Assembly (NCBI GenBank): GCA_963666055.2
Contig: CAXWPH010000007.1
Location: 192,001 to 256,000, forward strand
Length of the DNA stretch: 64,000 nt
DNA from: Acidobacteriota bacterium
GTDB lineage: Bacteria; Acidobacteriota; UBA890; WLXD01
Reading direction: 5' to 3'
The position numbers and the translations under genes were made by a program. Of this stretch, positions 59,064 to 64,000 are shown one piece after another. The notes beneath the pieces are model-generated. The model was not told the DNA's origin, made no database searches, and was given only the letters and a program-made list of their open reading frames with translations. Positions within the stretch are counted from its first letter, which is position 1; every line of letters starts with the position of its first letter.

Positions 59064-60350
59064 TCACGACAGCAGGCCGGGAATCCACAGCACGATGGTG
59101 GGCACGAAGGTGATCAGCAGCAACACCACGAGCATCGATGCCACGATCGGGAGGATATATGGCGTCGTCTCACGAATGCTCTCGCCGGTCAGGCTGCAGG
59201 CGACAAACAGCGTGGCACCGAAGGGCGGCGTCACGTACCCGATGGCCCAGCCGACGGTGGTGACGACGCCGAAGTGGACCGGATCGACGCCGAAGCTCGC
59301 GGCGATCGGGAAAACAATCGGCAACATGATCACGGTGGCCGAGAAGCTCTCCATGACCGCGCCGATCATCAGCAGCAGCGGGATGTAGATCAGGAAGAAG
59401 GTACCCGGCCCGCTGACCCACCGGACCATCGCCTGCGCCAGCATCGCTGGCAGCCCGTGCACGGTGATCAGCCAGGCGAAGAGGAAGGCGGTGGTCTGGA
59501 TGAACATGATCACCGTAGCCAACTCGGCAGATCTGGTGAGAATACGCGGCAGGTCCGAGATCGAGATCTCGCGGTATACGAACATCCCGACCACCAGGCC
59601 GTAGACCACCGCAACAACGGCCGCCTCGGTGGTGGTGAAGATCCCTCCGACGATACCCACGAGGATGATCAGCGGCATGCCGAGCGCCGGCGCCGCCGCC
59701 GCTGCCGTGCTCAACAGACGCGACAAGTCCACACCCTCACGGGTGGCCAGATAAGCCTCCCCACCGCGGACCGCGTGGGCGTATGCCACTACCATGAGCC
59801 CGAGGCCGATCAACAGCCCCGGCACGATGCCGCCGAGGAACAGCGCCGAAACCGAGGTGTTGGTGGTGAAGCCGATGAGGATCATCAGCAGACTCGGCGG
59901 AATGATCGGCCCGATGGACCCCGCCGCCGCCTGCAAGGCGGTGGCGAAACGCATGTCATAGCCGCGCTCCCTCATCAACGGCAGAAGAATCGACCCGACG
60001 GCGGCGGTGTCGGCAGTCGACGAACCCGATACGCCGGCGAAGACCATCGACGCAGCGACCGAGACGATTCCCAGGCTGCCGCGGATGAAGCCGAACAGCT
60101 CGGTTGTGAAAGCCACCAACCTCGACGACATGCCGCCGGCCGACATCAGCTGGCCCGCCAACATGAACAGCGGGATGGCCATCAGCAGCCAGGAGTCCAA
60201 GCCGAAGAACATCCGTTGCGCCACGATCGAGATGGGCAGAGCTCCTTCCCACAAGATCGCAACGCTCGCTCCGGCACCAAGGGCGAACGCGATCGGCATG
60301 CCGATCAGGAAGAAGATCGCGATGCTAATGAGCAGAATCGCAATCACCAT
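59064..60350 (-). CDS. dctM: TRAP transporter large permease
   Basis: SGSSTAD, IIPPS and TPPFG motifs. Confidence 0.93.
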   Translation of the reverse strand: MVIAILLISIAIFFLIGMPIAFALGAGASVAILWEGALPISIVAQRMFFGLDSWLLMAIPLFMLAGQLMSAGGMSSRLVAFTTELFGFIRGSLGIVSVAASMVFAGVSGSSTADTAAVGSILLPLMRERGYDMRFATALQAAAGSIGPIIPPSLLMILIGFTTNTSVSALFLGGIVPGLLIGLGLMVVAYAHAVRGGEAYLATREGVDLSRLLSTAAAAAPALGMPLIILVGIVGGIFTTTEAAVVAVVYGLVVGMFVYREISISDLPRILTRSAELATVIMFIQTTAFLFAWLITVHGLPAMLAQAMVRWVSGPGTFFLIYIPLLLMIGAVMESFSATVIMLPIVFPIAASFGVDPVHFGVVTTVGWAIGYVTPPFGATLFVACSLTGESIRETTPYILPIVASMLVVLLLITFVPTIVLWIPGLLS

Positions 60351-60369
60351 GTGGCACCGAGCCGCTGGC

Positions 60370-60858
60370 TCACGATCGCGTCCCCTCTCCTGCGGAGCGG
60401 TTCGAGAGCAGCTCGTAGCCCAATGCCAGCGCCTCGATCAGCATCAGCAATGCGCCGATCGGCAGCGCCAAATAGACGACGCGAATCGGGATCTCCAGCG
60501 CCGGCGTCGTTTGGTTCGCCGTGGCGCTGATCAGTGCGATCCCCGAAACGACCACCACGCCCAGGAAGAAGATGACGCCAGCCAGCGCCAGCAGCCGCAC
60601 ATCTCGCTGGCGCCGTGGCTCGAGTGAATGCACCGCGTAATCGACCGTCAGGTGCAGGCCCCGACGCACGCAGGCGGCCGAGCCCAGCAGGATCAGCCAA
60701 ACCTGCAGATAGCGCGCCAATTCTTCGGACCATGAGAACGGCGCGTTGAACACGAAACGCGATACGACCTGGGCGAACACCACCACGACGATGGCAGCAA
60801 ACAGCAACACGACAACTGCGCGCACCGCGGCGCGCAGCGGGTCCAGATACGAAATCAC
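60370..60858 (-). CDS. dctQ: TRAP transporter small permease
   Basis: QVVSRF..WSEELARY..HLTVD. Confidence 0.9.
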   Translation of the reverse strand: MISYLDPLRAAVRAVVVLLFAAIVVVVFAQVVSRFVFNAPFSWSEELARYLQVWLILLGSAACVRRGLHLTVDYAVHSLEPRRQRDVRLLALAGVIFFLGVVVVSGIALISATANQTTPALEIPIRVVYLALPIGALLMLIEALALGYELLSNRSAGEGTRS

Positions 60859-62402
60859 TCGGGGGGTATCTCGACCAGCGTGTAGAAGGCCCGCCGGTGC
60901 AGCAAAGCGGCTCCCGCCGCATTGCGCACGCCGTCGAGATGCAGCTCGTGCACGTAGCCGGCGCGAATCGGGTCAATCGTCAGACGCACGCTCATGCCGT
61001 CGGGGGCGCCCCGCGCCGCAGTGATGGCGACCTGTACTTTGTCGTCCTCGGGGCCGCCGTACTCCGAACTGAGTCGATAAGTGTAGCTCTCCATTCGATA
61101 GGACGATCGATCGGCCGCGCTCTGCCGGTCGACCGGCTGGGTGAAGGTGAGCTCGAAGCCGTCATGGCGCGCCCGCATCTCGTGAACTTCGAACGGAGTT
61201 GTCCCCGTCCACACCAACCGCTGCAGGCCGTACTCATCGGGACCCAGGCTACCCCAGCCGCGCGAGGACATGCCTGCGAACAGCGAGTGATCGAGACCGA
61301 ACGCCAACCGAATGACGCCGCTCTGGAACCCCTGCCGGAAGCGGAATGCGGCCCCCTGCCAGTGCCCGTTCACTTCCTCCAGAAACACCCGCATCACCAT
61401 GGCGTGGTGCTGGTCGCCGACGAACAACTGGCCATCAAAGGGACCGAAAGCGCCGCCGCTGGTGTCCCACTTCAGGCCGCTCGGACTTTGCCCGAGCTTT
61501 ACATAAGGGAACCAGACGGCCGGCATCTTGAAGTGCGGAATCTCGTCCGCGAGGTCCTTCATATATGTCCCCGTACGCGGCAGCCCCACGGCAAGTGGCT
61601 CGACGAGCGACTCGGGGAGGTAGGCCGAGTCGATGCCGAACGGGTGGCCGTGGAAGTCGCCCACCTCGAGATGCGACAGCTTCGAGGCGTTGTTCCACTC
61701 GCCCTGATTGTCGGTGTAGAACACGTCGCCCCATGGGCTGACCTCGACCCCGGCCGGAGAGCGCAGGCCGGAAACCACCGGCTCCATCTTCCCGGTATCT
61801 CGGTCCACGCGCACAGCCCATCCTCGCCAGTCTGCCCGCCCGTAGGGCTCGGCGTCGAACGCTCTGTTCAGCGTTACCCAGAGCTTGCCGTCAGGCGTGA
61901 GCCTGGGGCCGAAGGCGTACTCGTGGTAGTTACCGCTGATCGCCCAGTCGTCGGTAACCGTCTCGAAGACATCGGCACGGTCATCGCCGTCGGTATCGCG
62001 CATGCGCGACAGCTCGGCACGCTGCGCGAAGTAGATCCAGCCGTCGAGCTCGAGAAGCCCGAGGGGCTGCGCCAGGCCAAACGCGTACTGCTTGAAGATC
62101 GGCTGCGGTGGCTCGCTGTATGCGTTTTCGACGATATACACCTCCCCCCGCCGCGTCGCCGCCATGATGCGACCATCCGACAACTGTGCCAGCCCTCCCA
62201 CCTCCATGGTGATATCGACCGGCAGGGGCAGTGTGATCAGCCTGTAGTACTGGCTCTCCGCCTGGCTCGCGGCGCGGCGCGACTCCCTCTCCGCGCGCAT
62301 CTCTGCCTCTGTCGGGTCCTGAGCGAGCGCCCACCCGCTGCCGACCAGCAGGGCGATCGCGGCGCAGGCTCGGAGGCTGCTTCTTCTGACGCCATCTACC
62401 AT
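60855..62402 (-). CDS. Secreted beta-propeller protein (glucose/sorbosone dehydrogenase-like, PVC-type)
   Basis: ATRRGE, DTDGDDRAD, NYHEYAFG, GLRSP, TDNQGEW and FGPFDGQLFVGD motifs. Confidence 0.8.
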   Translation of the reverse strand: MVDGVRRSSLRACAAIALLVGSGWALAQDPTEAEMRAERESRRAASQAESQYYRLITLPLPVDITMEVGGLAQLSDGRIMAATRRGEVYIVENAYSEPPQPIFKQYAFGLAQPLGLLELDGWIYFAQRAELSRMRDTDGDDRADVFETVTDDWAISGNYHEYAFGPRLTPDGKLWVTLNRAFDAEPYGRADWRGWAVRVDRDTGKMEPVVSGLRSPAGVEVSPWGDVFYTDNQGEWNNASKLSHLEVGDFHGHPFGIDSAYLPESLVEPLAVGLPRTGTYMKDLADEIPHFKMPAVWFPYVKLGQSPSGLKWDTSGGAFGPFDGQLFVGDQHHAMVMRVFLEEVNGHWQGAAFRFRQGFQSGVIRLAFGLDHSLFAGMSSRGWGSLGPDEYGLQRLVWTGTTPFEVHEMRARHDGFELTFTQPVDRQSAADRSSYRMESYTYRLSSEYGGPEDDKVQVAITAARGAPDGMSVRLTIDPIRAGYVHELHLDGVRNAAGAALLHRRAFYTLVEIPPE

Positions 62403-64000
62403 GCGATCTGCACCTCGAGCGAAACAGGTTCGCCTTCCTCTACGACGATCGGCATCAGCACCTGACGCACTCCTCGGGAGGAACGGACGACCGGGGTCAG
62501 CGCCTGTCGCGAGCGCACTGACACGGTGATGCTGCCGTCGACAACCCACGAATTCTCACCCTCCGCCGTGATCTGCTCGCCCTCGGCCAACAGCAGATAG
62601 AGCTGCCCCGCGCCGCTGCTGCCGCGCAACGTGAAACGCCGGGTGAGGTTGGCTCCGCCGGCGCTCACTACCGGAATGGGCTGCTCCTCGATGCGAACTT
62701 CTTGCAGCCGATAGCGAAATGTCGGTCCGCGCTGCTCGTCGAGGTGGTAGCCGAGGAACTGCCCACCGAGTTCGCGATCGGTCCGCGTCGGCTGCGGCCA
62801 GGCGGAGTCGGCATCGACCAGGTAGGCGAAGGCCGGACCGGGAGGCATATCAATAATGTCCTCGCCGGGCGGATCAAAGAACTTGCCGGCGCGACCCTGC
62901 CAGGTGCCCTTGGCATCGAAGAAGCCGCCACGCCAAGCCTTCGCCAGGCGCACTACATTGGCGTCGAACGCCACATGCACCGACTGAGGGAAGCCGGCTG
63001 TAATGGTGCGCGGGCCCACCTCGTTCATGAATGTCCTGAACACGATGACCTCGCTACCGGGAACAAGCACCATCGCATCGCCGGCGTCCATGCCCGCCGG
63101 AGCCGGCATCGACGACCCGAGCGACAGCGTGCTCCAGATTGCGTCGATCTGGCCGCCGGCGGATCCACCTGCGATGTCCTCGTGGACAACGTCCTCCCCG
63201 TCCCAGAACGCCGGCATCCGCGTTCGCGGACGAAGCGAGGCGGGGTCCCTCAGAAAGCGCTGCACCCAGCCCGGCCGCAAGCGCTCGTACACCGTCGTCA
63301 GGTTGATTGTCGAGATGCCGGGAGACTTGTGGGCGCCGACGTCGTGACAGGTGATACAGCGCAGCCCATCCGAGCCCAAGAGCTTCAAGCCGTCGGCGAC
63401 CGCTTGGGGCGTAAACGACGGCTCGTCAAGGTCGCCTGGCACGGCGTCGGCAGCCTCAAAAGCAGCTGGCAGGGCGGCGATCAGCTCACCGTCGAAGCCG
63501 GGCATGCGCGTCTGCATGAAGTCGCGGCGAACGTGCAGTCGGTCGTCGGTCAGTATCGACAGTAGTGCCTCGCGCTTCACACGCGCACCGATCGCGGTAA
63601 GCGGCGGCGGCAGCCTCCCTTCCTCACCGAGATCCAACCCGCCCACGACCCGGAACAACAGCTCACGCGCCTGTTCCGGTCCGCCGATCGTGTTCGGCCC
63701 CTGGGCGCGGCCATGGCACGCGTAGCAGTTGTATGTCGCCAGCGTGTGGTCGATCTGCTGCTGGGGATCGCGTCGTCTGGCGAGCGCGCCGAGGTTGGAG
63801 AGCGCCGATCGGATCGCCCGACGTTGATGGTCGGAGAGGCGATAGCGGGGGGCACCGTCGGCGGCGTGGCTCCACGGAGACCCGAACGACGGGCCGATGT
63901 CCAGTCTGTCCAGCGAGCTTGCCGGATGTCTCTTGCGCGCGTCGGTGGGCGCCGCAGCCAGCGCATGGCACGAGGCACAGCCAACTTCGACGAAGGCCCG
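62396..64000 (-). CDS. Multiheme c-type cytochrome (partial; 5' end beyond the window)
   Basis: Frame is open to 64000 and contains CASCH, CYACH, CITCH and RMP motifs. Confidence 0.88.
   Translation of the reverse strand, partial: RAFVEVGCASCHALAAAPTDARKRHPASSLDRLDIGPSFGSPWSHAADGAPRYRLSDHQRRAIRSALSNLGALARRRDPQQQIDHTLATYNCYACHGRAQGPNTIGGPEQARELLFRVVGGLDLGEEGRLPPPLTAIGARVKREALLSILTDDRLHVRRDFMQTRMPGFDGELIAALPAAFEAADAVPGDLDEPSFTPQAVADGLKLLGSDGLRCITCHDVGAHKSPGISTINLTTVYERLRPGWVQRFLRDPASLRPRTRMPAFWDGEDVVHEDIAGGSAGGQIDAIWSTLSLGSSMPAPAGMDAGDAMVLVPGSEVIVFRTFMNEVGPRTITAGFPQSVHVAFDANVVRLAKAWRGGFFDAKGTWQGRAGKFFDPPGEDIIDMPPGPAFAYLVDADSAWPQPTRTDRELGGQFLGYHLDEQRGPTFRYRLQEVRIEEQPIPVVSAGGANLTRRFTLRGSSGAGQLYLLLAEGEQITAEGENSWVVDGSITVSVRSRQALTPVVRSSRGVRQVLMPIVVEEGEPVSLEVQIAW

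Noticed and set aside
156-63984. Many long antisense or alternate-frame ORFs (e.g. 856-2214+, 7477-9039+, 45196-46482+, 53217-54935+, 59025-60530+, 60897-62465+)
   Set aside because: Shadows of well-supported genes; expected at high GC, Arg/Pro-rich and without family motifs.
63577-63984. Possible frameshift in the terminal cytochrome gene
   Set aside because: Manual translation shows the frame is open from 64000 to 62396; the track merely starts at an internal TTG.

Overview
GC-rich bacterial chromosomal DNA. The gene repertoire (Oar-type TonB receptor, GWxTD-type protein, cytochrome c/PHM-like proteins, PVC-type heme proteins) suggests Acidobacteriota, which is an inference. I saw no rRNA, tRNA or CRISPR array. 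The window is dominated by exported catabolic enzymes: four M24, three tandem M14, one M28, one M29/NicX-like and three related gluzincin-like peptidases, two PQQ dehydrogenases, a GMC dehydrogenase pair and c-type cytochromes. It also carries peptide ABC, TRAP, MFS and TonB transporters and two intact type II TA modules. Best candidate for an undescribed system: a tandemly duplicated pair of [cytochrome c + PHM/DBH-like copper monooxygenase] + [lipoprotein], set among periplasmic dehydrogenases (16.9-25.8 kb). Other notable signals are a 2.6-kb cargo flanked by an exact 62-bp direct repeat, an in-frame TonB receptor::GWxTD-tail chimera, a TA operon collapsed to a 19-codon ORF, a minimal MITE-like hairpin, and a triple-heptad operator shared by divergent promoters about 45 kb apart. 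All family calls come from motifs recognised by eye; no database search was run.
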